A stretch of DNA of 64,000 bases. Origin: an uncultured Chloroflexia bacterium. GTDB taxonomy: Bacteria; Chloroflexota; Limnocylindria; Limnocylindrales; CSP1-4. The first letter of the stretch is position 1. Each line of letters opens with the position of its first letter. The notes beneath the pieces are model-generated. The model searched no databases. It saw nothing but the letters and a program-made list of their open reading frames with translations, and had not been told where the DNA came from. Below, in pieces: positions 33,536-46,341 of this stretch. The stretch is from contig CAVVNQ010000007.1 in assembly GCA_963749705.1 (NCBI GenBank), forward strand, positions 160,001 through 224,000, in the 5' to 3' direction. Made by a program: the position numbers and the translations under genes.

Positions 33536-33536
33536 G

Positions 33537-34217
33537 ATGGCGCCGTCGGCGGCGACGTCCGGGGCGACCCGGCCGACCACGCTGGTGATCGGTTGCGGCG
33601 CGCTCGGCCGCGAGCTCGTGACGCTCGTCCGCCTCAATAACCTGGACGCGGTCGACATCCGCTGCCTGCCGGCCTCGCTCCATAACCGGCCCGACCGGAT
33701 CCCGGCGGCCGTGGACCGGATGATCCGATCGGCGCGCGGCAGCTACGCGCGGATCCTGGTCGCGTACGGCGATTGCGGCACCGGCGGCGCGCTGGACCGG
33801 GTCCTCGAGGTCCACGGCGTCGAGCGGCTGCCCGGGGCGCACTGCTACCAGGTCTACGGCGGGCCGGCCTTCGACCGCCTGGCCGACGAGGAGCCGGGCA
33901 CCTTCTACCTCACGGACTTCCTGGCCCGCAGCTTCGACCGGCTCGTGATCGAGGGGCTGGGGCTGGACCGCCACCCCGAGCTGCTCCCGGTGTACTTCGC
34001 GGGCTACCGGCGGGTGGTCTATCTCTCGCAGCGCGACGATCCGGACCTGCTGGCGCGCGCGCGACGGGCGGCCACCCGGCTGGGGCTCGCGTTCGAGCAC
34101 CGACGGACCGGGTACGGTGGGCTCGAGACGGCGATCGCCGCGCTCGGCGCGGCGGTGGCGCCCGGGCCCGGGGCCGCCCTGCCCGAACCAGCCCGCGCCG
34201 CGGCCGGGACCGCCTGA
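33537..34217 (+). CDS. DUF1638-like protein
   Basis: IGCGAL, CLPASLHNRP, YGDCGTGG, GAHCY, GTFYLTDFL. Confidence 0.85.
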   Translation: MAPSAATSGATRPTTLVIGCGALGRELVTLVRLNNLDAVDIRCLPASLHNRPDRIPAAVDRMIRSARGSYARILVAYGDCGTGGALDRVLEVHGVERLPGAHCYQVYGGPAFDRLADEEPGTFYLTDFLARSFDRLVIEGLGLDRHPELLPVYFAGYRRVVYLSQRDDPDLLARARRAATRLGLAFEHRRTGYGGLETAIAALGAAVAPGPGAALPEPARAAAGTA

Positions 34218-34219
34218 CG

Positions 34220-34687
34220 ATGGCACCGCGGCTGACCGTGATCTCGTGGCGCGACATCCCGGCGCAGGTCACCGCACGCGATGGCCGCCGGGCGGGCCGG
34301 GCGATGCTCGGGCTGCGGTTCCAGGTCGCGATCGACCGGGCAGCGACGCGCGCCGGCAAGAAGCACATGGACGACTACCTCGCGGAGTGGCGGCGGACCG
34401 ACCGCGCCTGCGGGCCGGACCTCGATGCGGAGGTGGCCGCCGAGGCTGCCCGGCTCGAGGCCCGCTATACCAACCGCGACCTTGCGTCCCTGGTCGCGAA
34501 CCTCGGCGCGGCGCCGGCAGGAACCGGCGACCCGGCCACGAACGGCGGTGGCTCCGGTCCTCGCCGTCGCGGCCGGCGGCTCGACGCGCGCCCCGACGAG
34601 GCCACGGCCAGCCCGGCAGCCGGCGAGCAGCCGGCAGCCGGACCGGCGCCCGGTGACGATCCGGACGCCACCAGGGAGGCACCATGA
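34220..34687 (+). CDS. 'Virulence factor' domain (PF13769-like) small protein
   Basis: WRDIPAQV…RFQVAIDRAA…YLAEWRR; ATGA coupling to the next gene. Confidence 0.8.
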   Translation: MAPRLTVISWRDIPAQVTARDGRRAGRAMLGLRFQVAIDRAATRAGKKHMDDYLAEWRRTDRACGPDLDAEVAAEAARLEARYTNRDLASLVANLGAAPAGTGDPATNGGGSGPRRRGRRLDARPDEATASPAAGEQPAAGPAPGDDPDATREAP

Positions 34688-35628
34688 CCCGCACCGTGAT
34701 CAGCTCGGCGACCCGGACCGTGACCATCGGGGACGACCGGCCGTTCGTCGTCATCGGCGAACGGATCAACCCCACCGGTCGCAAGCTGCTCGCGGAGGAG
34801 ATGCGCGCCGGCGACTTCAGCCGCGTCGAGCGCGACGCCGTCGCGCAGGTGGCCGCGGGGGCTCACATGCTCGACGTCAACGCGGGGATCCCGCTCGCCG
34901 ACGAGCCGGCCATCCTGGCCCAGACGGTGCGCCTGGTCCAGTCGCTGACCGACGTCCCGCTGTCGATCGACTCCTCGATCGTCGATGCGCTCGAGGCGGG
35001 GCTGGCCGCCTACCAGGGCAAGGCGCTGGTCAACTCGGTCACCGGCGAGGAGGAGCGGCTCGAGCGGGTCCTGCCCCTGATCAAGAAGTACGGCGCCGCG
35101 GTCGTCGCGATCTCCAACGACGACACCGGCATCTCGATGGATCCCGAGGTCCGGTTCGCGGTCGCGAAGCGGATCGTCGAGCGGGCCGCGGACCATGGCA
35201 TCCCGCGTGAGGATGTCATCGTGGACCCGCTGGTGATGCCAATCGGCGCGCTGGGGACCGCCGGCCGCCAGGTCTTCCGCCTGCTGGCCCGGCTGCGTGA
35301 CGAGCTGGGCGTCAACACGGTGTGCGGCGCGTCCAACGTGAGCTTCGGACTGCCGCGCCGCGAGGGGATCAACTCCGCGTTCCTCGCGATGGCCATCTCG
35401 AGCGGGCTGACGAGCGCGATCACCAACCCGCTGCTGGCCGAGGTCCGCGAGGCGATCATGGCTGCGGACGTGCTGATGGGCAACGACCCGGAGTGCGGAC
35501 GCTGGATCCGTTCGCACCGCGAGCCCGAGGTCGAGGGGCAGGCCGGGCGGCGCGTCAACCGCCGCCGATCCGGTGCCGCCGGCGCCGTCGCGACCCGCGC
35601 CGCGGACGCGGGTTCGGCCGGCGGCTGA
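34684..35628 (+). CDS. Pterin-binding methyltetrahydrofolate:corrinoid methyltransferase
   Basis: IGERINPTGRK, LDVNAG, SIDSS, NSVTGE, DPLV, GASNVSFGLP. Confidence 0.92.
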   Translation: MTRTVISSATRTVTIGDDRPFVVIGERINPTGRKLLAEEMRAGDFSRVERDAVAQVAAGAHMLDVNAGIPLADEPAILAQTVRLVQSLTDVPLSIDSSIVDALEAGLAAYQGKALVNSVTGEEERLERVLPLIKKYGAAVVAISNDDTGISMDPEVRFAVAKRIVERAADHGIPREDVIVDPLVMPIGALGTAGRQVFRLLARLRDELGVNTVCGASNVSFGLPRREGINSAFLAMAISSGLTSAITNPLLAEVREAIMAADVLMGNDPECGRWIRSHREPEVEGQAGRRVNRRRSGAAGAVATRAADAGSAGG

Positions 35629-35638
35629 GCCCCGCATC

Positions 35639-37678
35639 GTGGCCGCGTCCTCCGATCCGCTGATCGTGTTCACCCCCTCGGGTCGCCGGGGGCGCTTCCC
35701 GGTGGGAACCACGGTGCTCGATGCCGCTCGCTCGCTGAGCGTGGACATCGATTCGGTATGCGGCGGGCGGGGGATCTGCGGGCGGTGCCAGGTGGAACAG
35801 GGGCTGGGCGTGTTCCTCAAGCACGGGATCACCTCGATCCCCGAGCACCTGGATCCGCCGACCTCGGTCGAGGCCGTGTATGCGGCACGGAAGGGGCTGG
35901 CCGAGGGCCGCCGGCTCAGCTGCACGGCCACGATCCGGGGCGACGCCGTGATCGACGTCCCGGCCGCCAGCCAGGTCCATCGCCAGGTCGTGCGCAAGGA
36001 GCTCGACGTCCGGCCGTTCGAGCTCGATCCCGTCGTCCGCCTGCACTACGTGGAGGTCACGCCACCCGACCTGGGCGCGCAGGCATCGGATCTCTCGCGC
36101 CTGCTCGCCGCGCTCCAGCGCGACTGGACGCTGACCGGGCTCGACGTCGATCTGGCGGTGATCCGCGCCCTCCAGCCCGCGCTCCTCGCGGAGGGTGGCG
36201 CCGTCACCGTCGCCGTCCACGACGGTCGCTCCGTGAGCGCGGTGTGGCCGGGCTTCCGGGACCGTGCCTTCGGGGTCGCCGTCGACGTCGGCTCCACGAC
36301 GATCGCCGGCCACCTGGCGAACCTGCTCGACGGCACCGTGCTCGCGTCGGCCGGCATGATGAACCCGCAGATCCGGTTCGGCGAGGACCTCATGAGCCGC
36401 GTCTCGTACGCGATGCTCCACGACGGCGGGGCGGCCGAGATGACTCGCGCGGTGCGCACGGCCGTCCGCGATCTCGTCGGCCGGCTGGCGACCGAGGCCC
36501 GCGTCGAGCCCGACGAGATCCTCGAGCTCACGTTCGTCGGCAATCCGATCATGCATCACCTGCTGCTCGGGCTCGACCCGACGCCCCTCGGCCAGGCGCC
36601 GTTCACGCTGGCAACCGAGCACGCCGTGCGCACCAGCGCCGCGTCCCTGGACCTGGCCGTGAACGCCGGGGCGCGTGTCTACGTCCTGCCCTGCATCGCC
36701 GGCCACGTCGGCGCCGACACCGCCGGGGTGATCCTGGCCGAGCAGCCGCACCGGTCGGAGGCGATCGTGCTCATCGCGGACGTCGGCACCAACGCCGAGA
36801 TCGTGCTGGGCAACCGCGATCGGCTCCTGGCGGCGTCGAGCCCCACCGGCCCGGCGTTCGAGGGAGCGCAGATCAGCGCCGGCCAGCGTGCGGCGCCGGG
36901 CGCGATCGAGCGCGTCCGCGTGGACCGGCAGACGCTCGAGCCGCGGTTCCAGGTCATCGGCTCGTCGCTATGGTCCGACGACCCCGACTTCGCCCGGGCG
37001 ACGGCCGAGACCGGTGTCACGGGCATCTGCGGCTCCGGGATCATCGAGGCGGTCGCCGAGCTGTACCTCGCGGGCGTGATCGGCCAGGACGGGGTGATCG
37101 ACGGCAAGCTCGCGGCGCGGAGCAAGCGGATCGTGCCCGACGGGCGAACGTTCGCGTACCTCCTGGCGGACACCCCGCGGATCGCCGTCACCCAGTCCGA
37201 CGTGCGCGCGATCCAGCTGGCCAAGGCGGCGCTGTACGCGGGCGCCCGCCTGCTGATGGACGCCTACGGCGTGGATGCGGTGGACGAGGTTCGCCTCGCG
37301 GGCGCCTTTGGCAGCCACATCGACGTGCGCCACGCGATGGTCCTGGGGCTCGTGCCCGATTGCGACCTCGACCGCGTCGCATCGGTGGGCAACGCCGCCG
37401 GGGCGGGCGCGCTGATCGCGCTCCTGTCGGCAAGCGGCCGGGCGGAGGTCGAGGAGGCCGTCGGGAGGGTCAGGAAGATCGAGACCGCCATCGAGCCGCG
37501 TTTCCAGGAGCACTTCGTGGACGCGCTCGCGATCCCGCACGGCAGCGCGCCCTATCCCAACCTGTCCCGTGCGGTGGAGCTGCCGGCCCGACCGGCAGCC
37601 CGCCGCGAGACCCGCGCTGGACGACCAGGACGACGGCGACGGATGGCCACCGCCGCGACGCACGAGGAGGACCGATGA
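35639..37678 (+). CDS. ASKHA ATP-dependent corrinoid reductive activator (RACE/DUF4445) with N-terminal [2Fe-2S]
   Basis: CGGRGICGRC…RRLSC, DVGSTT, GEDLMSR, DVGTNAE, GPAFEG, GICGSG, LAGAFG. Confidence 0.93.
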   Translation: MAASSDPLIVFTPSGRRGRFPVGTTVLDAARSLSVDIDSVCGGRGICGRCQVEQGLGVFLKHGITSIPEHLDPPTSVEAVYAARKGLAEGRRLSCTATIRGDAVIDVPAASQVHRQVVRKELDVRPFELDPVVRLHYVEVTPPDLGAQASDLSRLLAALQRDWTLTGLDVDLAVIRALQPALLAEGGAVTVAVHDGRSVSAVWPGFRDRAFGVAVDVGSTTIAGHLANLLDGTVLASAGMMNPQIRFGEDLMSRVSYAMLHDGGAAEMTRAVRTAVRDLVGRLATEARVEPDEILELTFVGNPIMHHLLLGLDPTPLGQAPFTLATEHAVRTSAASLDLAVNAGARVYVLPCIAGHVGADTAGVILAEQPHRSEAIVLIADVGTNAEIVLGNRDRLLAASSPTGPAFEGAQISAGQRAAPGAIERVRVDRQTLEPRFQVIGSSLWSDDPDFARATAETGVTGICGSGIIEAVAELYLAGVIGQDGVIDGKLAARSKRIVPDGRTFAYLLADTPRIAVTQSDVRAIQLAKAALYAGARLLMDAYGVDAVDEVRLAGAFGSHIDVRHAMVLGLVPDCDLDRVASVGNAAGAGALIALLSASGRAEVEEAVGRVRKIETAIEPRFQEHFVDALAIPHGSAPYPNLSRAVELPARPAARRETRAGRPGRRRRMATAATHEEDR

Positions 37679-39216
37679 GCACTGACCTGCATCACCGTCG
37701 CACCGGGGGTCGTGCCGGCCGGCAGGCCGCCCGGGCGCATGCCGCCGTCGCGCGCGTGCCGTTCCTGACCCGGACCCTCGCTCCATTCGAGGTGCTCGAC
37801 GAGGAGGGCCTGTCGCTGATCGAGCGCAACGCCGACATCATCCTCCAGGAGGTTGGCCTCGAGTTCCACGGCGATCCGGAGGCCCTCCGGATCCTCGCCG
37901 ACGCCGGCGCCGACGTCGATGGCGAGCGGGTCCGCTTTCCCCTGGGCATGTGCCGCCAGATCGTCCGCGCCAGCGCGCCGCACCAGTTCGTGCAGCACGC
38001 CCGCAACCCGGCGAACAGCGTCACCATCGGCGGTCCGCACACCGTGCTGGCCCCTGCGTACGGCTCGCCGTTCGTGCGCGATCTCGATCACGGCCGGCGA
38101 TACGGCACCCTCGAGGACTTCCGCAACTTCGTCAAGCTCGCGTACCTCAGCCCGCACCTCCATCACTCCGGAGGCACGGTCTGCGAGCCCGTGGACGTGC
38201 CCGTCAACAAGCGGCACCTGGACATGGTCTACAGCCACATCCGCGACACGGACAAGCCGTTCATGGGCTCCGTCACGGCGCCCGAGCGCGCGCGCGACAC
38301 CGTCGAGATGGCCCGGATCGCGTTCGGCGAGGACTTCGTCCGGGACAACACCGTGATCGTGAGCCTGATCAACGCGAACTCGCCGCTCGTGTGGGACGCG
38401 TCGATGCTGGGGGCCGCGCGCGTCTACGCGGAAGCCAACCAGGCGACGATCATGACGCCGTTCATCCTGGCCGGAGCGATGTCCCCCGTGACCGTTGCCG
38501 GGACCGCGGCCCAGACCCTGGCCGAGGCACTGGGCGGGATGGCGTTCGTCCAGCTCGTCCGGCCCGGGGCGCCCGTGATCCTCGGCTCGTTCGCGAGCTC
38601 GATCTCGATGCAGTCCGGCGCGCCGACCTTCGGCACCCCGGAGCCGGCGCTCGTCCTGTACGTGATGGCCGCGCTCGCGCGCCGGCTGGGTGTCCCGTTC
38701 CGCTCCGGCGGCAGCCTCACGGCGTCCAAGCTGGCCGACGCACAGGCCGCCTACGAGTCCGCCGCGACCCTCCAGCCCACCGTGCTCGGCGGCACCAACT
38801 TCGTGCTCCATGCCGCCGGCTGGCTCGAGGGCGGCCTCACGATGGGCTACGAGAAGTTCATCCTCGACGCGGACCAGTGCGGGATGATGGGCGTGTTCAC
38901 GCGCGGCGTCGACCTGTCCGAGAACGGACAGGCGCTCGATGCCATCCGCGAGAACGGGCCCGGCCAGCACTTCCTCGGCACGGCGCACACCCTCGCCAAC
39001 TTCGAGACCGCCTTCTACCGTTCGGACGTTGCCGACAACAACAGCTTCGAGCAGTGGCTGGAGGATGGCAGCCAGGACGCCGCGTCCCGGGCCAACCGGG
39101 TCGCCAAGCGGATGCTGGCCGAGTACCAGGCGCCGCCGATCGATCCCGGGATCGACGAGGCGCTGCGGGACTTCGTCGCGCGACGCAAGGCCTCGATGCC
39201 GGACCAGGAGGTCTGA
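37675..39216 (+). CDS. MttB-family methyltransferase, non-pyrrolysine (glycine-betaine MT-like)
   Basis: PAYGSPFV, HHSGGTVCEP, DKPFMGS, INANSPL, GAPTFGTPE, DAQAAYES, HAAGWLEGG; no in-frame TAG. Confidence 0.93.
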   Translation: MSTDLHHRRTGGRAGRQAARAHAAVARVPFLTRTLAPFEVLDEEGLSLIERNADIILQEVGLEFHGDPEALRILADAGADVDGERVRFPLGMCRQIVRASAPHQFVQHARNPANSVTIGGPHTVLAPAYGSPFVRDLDHGRRYGTLEDFRNFVKLAYLSPHLHHSGGTVCEPVDVPVNKRHLDMVYSHIRDTDKPFMGSVTAPERARDTVEMARIAFGEDFVRDNTVIVSLINANSPLVWDASMLGAARVYAEANQATIMTPFILAGAMSPVTVAGTAAQTLAEALGGMAFVQLVRPGAPVILGSFASSISMQSGAPTFGTPEPALVLYVMAALARRLGVPFRSGGSLTASKLADAQAAYESAATLQPTVLGGTNFVLHAAGWLEGGLTMGYEKFILDADQCGMMGVFTRGVDLSENGQALDAIRENGPGQHFLGTAHTLANFETAFYRSDVADNNSFEQWLEDGSQDAASRANRVAKRMLAEYQAPPIDPGIDEALRDFVARRKASMPDQEV

Positions 39217-39219
39217 CGG

Positions 39220-40098
39220 GTGGCCCGGACCGCTGCCTCGGAGCCCGGCGCCGGCGCCGCGATCCGGGCGCTGCTCGAGGACCCGCTGTTCGAGCTGATC
39301 CCGCTGAGCAACCTCGGCGAGCAGGCCGCGGCGCTCCCGCCCGGGGCAGCCGTGTCCGTCACGGCTTCCCCCGCCAAGGGCATCGAGGCGACGATCGGGG
39401 CGTGCGAGATGCTTGCCGGGCGTGGCTTTCGCGTGACCGCGCACCTCTCGGCGCGGATGATCCGCGACCGCACGCACCTGCGCGGCCTGCTCGACCGGTT
39501 GGAGGGGGCCGGGATCGGCTCGGTGTTCGTGATCGGCGGCGATGCCGCCGAGCCGGGCGAGTTTCCGGACGCGCTGGCGCTCCTGCGTGCGATGGCTGAC
39601 CTGGGTGCCACCATTCGCGAGGTCGGCGTGGCCGGCTATCCCGAGGGGCATCCCGACATCCCGGATGGCCGCCTGCTCCAGGCGCTCGCGGCCAAGCAGC
39701 CGTTCGCGACCTCGATGACGACCCAGCTGTGCTTCGACCCCGGGGCGATCGCGCGCTGGCTCCGGTCGCGCCGGGAGGACGGGATCACGCTGCCCGCGAT
39801 CATCGGGCTGCCGGGCGTGACCGACCTCCGCAAGCTGCTCGCGATCAGCGCCCGGATCGGGGTGGCGGACTCCCGGCGCTTCCTGCGCAAGAACGTCCAC
39901 CTGGTGGGCCGCCTCGTGCGGCCGGGCGGGTTCGATCCGGATTCGCTGCTCGCCGGCCTGGGGCCGCTGCTCCTCGAGGCCGGGCTCGACGTCCGTGGCG
40001 TGCACCTGTACACGTTCAACCAGGCACAGTCGACCGTCGACTGGTGGCGGGCCTACCTCGGTGCGCTCAGCGGCGTGCCCGCGGGGGCGCCTCGATGA
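39220..40098 (+). CDS. metF: Methylenetetrahydrofolate reductase family protein
   Basis: HLSAR, VIGGD, AGYPEGHP, TQLCFD, HLYTFN. Confidence 0.85.
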   Translation: MARTAASEPGAGAAIRALLEDPLFELIPLSNLGEQAAALPPGAAVSVTASPAKGIEATIGACEMLAGRGFRVTAHLSARMIRDRTHLRGLLDRLEGAGIGSVFVIGGDAAEPGEFPDALALLRAMADLGATIREVGVAGYPEGHPDIPDGRLLQALAAKQPFATSMTTQLCFDPGAIARWLRSRREDGITLPAIIGLPGVTDLRKLLAISARIGVADSRRFLRKNVHLVGRLVRPGGFDPDSLLAGLGPLLLEAGLDVRGVHLYTFNQAQSTVDWWRAYLGALSGVPAGAPR

Positions 40099-40140
40099 CC
40101 GAGCGCGGGGCGACGCCTGTCAGCCGGTGGATCGCACGCG

Positions 40141-40947
40141 ATGCGTGACAACGGCGGCGAGCCGCCGCAGGTGCTCATCCAGTCGGTTGACCGTGCCGTG
40201 GACGTGCTCGAGCACCTCGCGCGGCACGGCGAGGTGTCGGTGACGGACGTCGCTGCGGCGCTCCGCGTCCACAAATCGACGGCGTCCCGCCTGCTCGCGG
40301 CGCTCGAATCGCGCGACCTCGTGGAGCAGGTCTCGGAGCGCGGCCGCTACCGCCTGGGCTTCGGGATCGTCCGTCTCGCGGGCGCCGCCAGCGCGCGGCT
40401 CGATCTCGTCGAGCAGAGCCGGCCGATCACGAGGCGGCTCGCGGCCGAGGTGGGCGAGACGGTCAACGTGGCGCGCCTCGAGTCCAACGTCGCGATCAAC
40501 CTGGATCAGGTCCGAGGACCCGCGGCGATCGCAAGCCACAACTGGATCGGGCAGCCCACGCCGCTCCACGCAACCTCGAGCGGCAAGGTGCTGCTGGCCT
40601 ACCTCGATGCCGGCGAGCGCGAGCTCCTCCTCGCCGCGCCGCTCCAGCGATACACGCCCGCGACGATCACCGATCCGTCGGTCCTCCGGCGCCAGCTCGA
40701 GCAGGTCGTCGAGGACGGTTGGGCGTCCACCTTCGAGGAGCTCGAGGCGGGCCTCAATGCCGTCGCGGCGCCGATCCGCTACCAGGACGGGACGGTGATC
40801 GCCGCGGTCAGCGTGTCAGGCCCGTCCTACCGGCTCACGCCGGCCCGGATGGAGGCAGCCGCTCGCGAGGTTGCCGACGCCGGCCGCGAGATCAGCGCAC
40901 GGTTGGGATACAGCGAACCGGTTCGGGAGATCGCCGCCGGGCGATGA
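40141..40947 (+). CDS. IclR family regulator
   Basis: QSVDRAVDVLE…VHKSTASRLL, GETVN, PLHATSSGKVLLA, VAAPI, SVSGP. Confidence 0.95.
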   Translation: MRDNGGEPPQVLIQSVDRAVDVLEHLARHGEVSVTDVAAALRVHKSTASRLLAALESRDLVEQVSERGRYRLGFGIVRLAGAASARLDLVEQSRPITRRLAAEVGETVNVARLESNVAINLDQVRGPAAIASHNWIGQPTPLHATSSGKVLLAYLDAGERELLLAAPLQRYTPATITDPSVLRRQLEQVVEDGWASTFEELEAGLNAVAAPIRYQDGTVIAAVSVSGPSYRLTPARMEAAAREVADAGREISARLGYSEPVREIAAGR

Positions 40948-41018
40948 CGCGTGGCGAGCCATGGGCGCGTGCGATGCCACGGACGCGTGGCGAGGCCATG
41001 GGCGCGTGCGATGCCACG
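40946..41018. repeat. Tandem 36/37-nt direct repeat, each unit with CGTGGC…GCCACG inverted ends
   Basis: GACGCGTGGCGA(G)GCCATGGGCGCGTGCGATGCCACG x2, no spacer, between convergent genes. Confidence 0.8.
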
Positions 41019-41066
41019 AACCCCGGATGGCGCCCTGGGACCCCCGGCGACGCCCGGTGATCCGAC

Positions 41067-43699
<2,633 letters not shown>

Positions 43700-43716
43700 G
43701 GGAGCGGCCGGCCACG

Positions 43717-44487
43717 ATGGGACGCCTGGACGGCAAGGTCTGCCTGATCACCGGAGCCGGCTCCGGGATCGGGCTGGCGACGGCGCACCTGTTCGCCCGG
43801 GAAGGCGCGCACGTGGTGCTCGCCGACATCGACGGCGCAGCGGCTGAAGCGGCTGCCTCGGACATCGTGGCGGGCGGCGGCCGGGCCGGCTCGGAGCAGG
43901 TCGATGTCGCGGATCCCGACCAGACGGTGGCGACGACGGCCCGGGTGATCGATCGGCTCGGCCGCATCGACGTGCTGTTCAACAACGCCGGCATCCCCGG
44001 CGTCGGCGACGTGGTCGAGACGGACCCGGAGCTGTTCGACCGGGTGATGCGGGTCAACGTGCGCGGCGTCTACCTGATGAGCCGGGCCGTCGTGCCGCAC
44101 ATGGTGGAGCAGGGGTCGGGCTCGATCATCAACTCGTCCTCCACGCTGGCCCTCATCGGCGTCGCCCGGCGCGTGTCCTATGCGGCCTCGAAGGGGGCCG
44201 TGCTGGCGATGACGAAGTCGATGCAGGTGGACCTCGCGCCGAAGGGTGTCCGGGTCAACGCGCTGTGCCCGGGGACGGTGATGACGCCGTTCGTCGAGCA
44301 GTACCTGCGCGACTCCTACGCCGACCCCGAGGAGGGGCTGGCCAACATCCGCCGGCGACAGCTCACCAGCGAGCTCGGCCAGCCCGAGGACGTGGCGCAG
44401 GCGGCCCTGTTCCTCGCCTCGGACGAGTCGCGGTTCGTCATGGCGTCCGGCCTCGTGATCGACGGCGGCATGACCGGGGGCAAGTAG
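43717..44487 (+). CDS. Short-chain dehydrogenase/reductase
   Basis: TGAGSGIG, NNAG, YAASK, VNALCPG, IDGG. Confidence 0.93.
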   Translation: MGRLDGKVCLITGAGSGIGLATAHLFAREGAHVVLADIDGAAAEAAASDIVAGGGRAGSEQVDVADPDQTVATTARVIDRLGRIDVLFNNAGIPGVGDVVETDPELFDRVMRVNVRGVYLMSRAVVPHMVEQGSGSIINSSSTLALIGVARRVSYAASKGAVLAMTKSMQVDLAPKGVRVNALCPGTVMTPFVEQYLRDSYADPEEGLANIRRRQLTSELGQPEDVAQAALFLASDESRFVMASGLVIDGGMTGGK

Positions 44488-44508
44488 CAGCGCGGCCGTG
44501 ACCGCGCA

Positions 44509-45606
44509 GTGAGGACGTACAGCGTGGACATCAGGCCGGCCGACGATGTCGAGCTCGATCTCGTCAGCCTGGGCGAGTGCATGATCCGGCTGAGCCCGCC
44601 GGGCCACGGCAGGATCGAGTTCGCGTCGACGCTCGAGGTCCACGTCGGCGGCGGCGAGTACAACGTCGCCTACGCGCTCGCCCGGCTGGGCCTCCGAACC
44701 GGATGGATCGGCGGCCTGGTGGACAACCCGCTGGGCGCGATCGTGCGCAACCACGCCCGCTCGGCCGGGATCGACATCAGCGACGCCATCACGATGCCCT
44801 ACGACGGTGTCGGGCGAGCGGCGCGGATGGGGCTCAACTTCACCGAGGTCGGCAGCGGCCCGCGGGCGTCGGCGACCGTGTACGACCGGGGATACAGCGC
44901 GTCATCCCGGCTCAAGCCGGGCGACGTCGACTGGGACGACCTGTTCGGACGCCGCGGCGTCCGCTGGTTCCACACGGGCGGGATCTTCACCTGCCTCAGC
45001 CCGTCGACGCGGGCGCTCGTCGCCGAGGCGCTGGAGGCCGCGAGCCGGCACGCCGTGTTCGTGTCGTACGACCTCAACTTCCGGTCGAAGCTGTGGACCA
45101 GCGAGGAGGCGATCGCCGCCACGCGACCGCTGATGCGCCATGTCGACTGCCTGATCGGCAACGAGGAGGACTTCCAGCAGGTGCTCGGCTACCGCGTCGC
45201 CGGGGTCGACGAAGGCCTGCGCATGCTGCCGGTCGAGTCGTACCGGTCGATGGTCCGCCGGGTCGTGGCCGACCACCCGACGCTGCGCCTGGTCGGAACC
45301 ACCCTCCGCGAGGTCGCAAGCGCGACCCGCAACACCTGGTCGGCGATCCTGTACCAGACCGACACGGACACCTTTCACGAGGGACCGCGGTTCGACCTCG
45401 AGGTCGAGGACCGGGTGGGCGGCGGCGATGGCTTCGCCAGCGGTCTCGCGTACGCGCTGCTGGGCGGACGCACCCCGGAGGCTTCGGTTGCGTACGGGAC
45501 CGCGCACGGCGCGCTGCTCCAGACAACGCGCGGCGACACCAGCCAGGTCACGGCGGCGGAGCTTCAGCGGCTCGTCGACGGCGGCGGCGCCCGGATCATC
45601 CGGTGA
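44509..45606 (+). CDS. kdgK: PfkB family sugar kinase (2-keto-3-deoxygluconate kinase-like)
   Basis: LGECMIRL, GGGEYNVA, YDLNFRSKLW, GNEED, DRVGGGDGF; adjacent to eda. Confidence 0.85.
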   Translation: MRTYSVDIRPADDVELDLVSLGECMIRLSPPGHGRIEFASTLEVHVGGGEYNVAYALARLGLRTGWIGGLVDNPLGAIVRNHARSAGIDISDAITMPYDGVGRAARMGLNFTEVGSGPRASATVYDRGYSASSRLKPGDVDWDDLFGRRGVRWFHTGGIFTCLSPSTRALVAEALEAASRHAVFVSYDLNFRSKLWTSEEAIAATRPLMRHVDCLIGNEEDFQQVLGYRVAGVDEGLRMLPVESYRSMVRRVVADHPTLRLVGTTLREVASATRNTWSAILYQTDTDTFHEGPRFDLEVEDRVGGGDGFASGLAYALLGGRTPEASVAYGTAHGALLQTTRGDTSQVTAAELQRLVDGGGARIIR

Positions 45607-45691
45607 CACCGTTGACCGGATCGCACGCCTTTACCGGTTCACCCGTCGCCACCACCGCCTGCGGCCAGCCGCGGCGAGGGAGCGCCGAGTC

Positions 45692-46327
45692 GTGACGGTG
45701 CTCGACCGGATCCGCGAGGCACGCGTGCTGCCGGTGATCGAGCTCCCGGATCCGGGGCTCGCGGTGCCGCTCGCGGAGACCCTGCGCGGGGCCGGGATCG
45801 GGTGCATGGAGATCACGTTTCGTGCGGCGGGGGCGGCCGAGGCGATCGCCGCCGTTCGGGCCGCCGTCCCGGACATGCTCGTGGGCGCGGGGACGGTCCT
45901 GTCGCTCGAGCAGCTCGACCGCGCTGTTCGGGCCGGCGCGGAGTTCGTCGTCTCGCCCGGGTTCAGCCGTGTCATCGTCGAGCAGGCGCTCGAGGCGGGC
46001 GTGGTGCCGTTGCCGGGTGTCGCCACCCCCACCGAGGTCCAGATGGGGCTCGACGCCGGCCTTTCGACGCTCAAGCTCTTCCCGGCCGAGGCGGCCGGCG
46101 GCATCGCCTACCTGAAGGCGCTCGCCGGACCGTTCCGCACCGTCGAGTTCGTCCCCACCGGCGGGATCGATGCCGCCAACCTCGCCGACTACCTCGCGCT
46201 CCCCAACGTCGCGGCGTGCGGCGGCAGCTGGTTCGTCAAGCGCGCCTGGATCGCGGCGGGGGACTGGGCATCGGTCGGGCGCACGGCGTCCGAGGCCGTG
46301 CGGATCGCGCGAAGCGTCCGCGACTGA
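45692..46327 (+). CDS. eda: KDPG/KHG aldolase
   Basis: EITFR, GAGTVL, VSPG, PGVATPTE, KLFPAE, PTGGI, GGSW. Confidence 0.93.
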   Translation: MTVLDRIREARVLPVIELPDPGLAVPLAETLRGAGIGCMEITFRAAGAAEAIAAVRAAVPDMLVGAGTVLSLEQLDRAVRAGAEFVVSPGFSRVIVEQALEAGVVPLPGVATPTEVQMGLDAGLSTLKLFPAEAAGGIAYLKALAGPFRTVEFVPTGGIDAANLADYLALPNVAACGGSWFVKRAWIAAGDWASVGRTASEAVRIARSVRD

Positions 46328-46341
46328 GGAAGCCCGCTGGC

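Noticed and set aside
37675-39216. Pyrrolysine-containing MttB
   Set aside because: No in-frame amber codon and no pyl genes in the window.
40946-41018. CRISPR array (36-37 nt repeats)
   Set aside because: Only two adjacent copies, no spacer, no cas genes.
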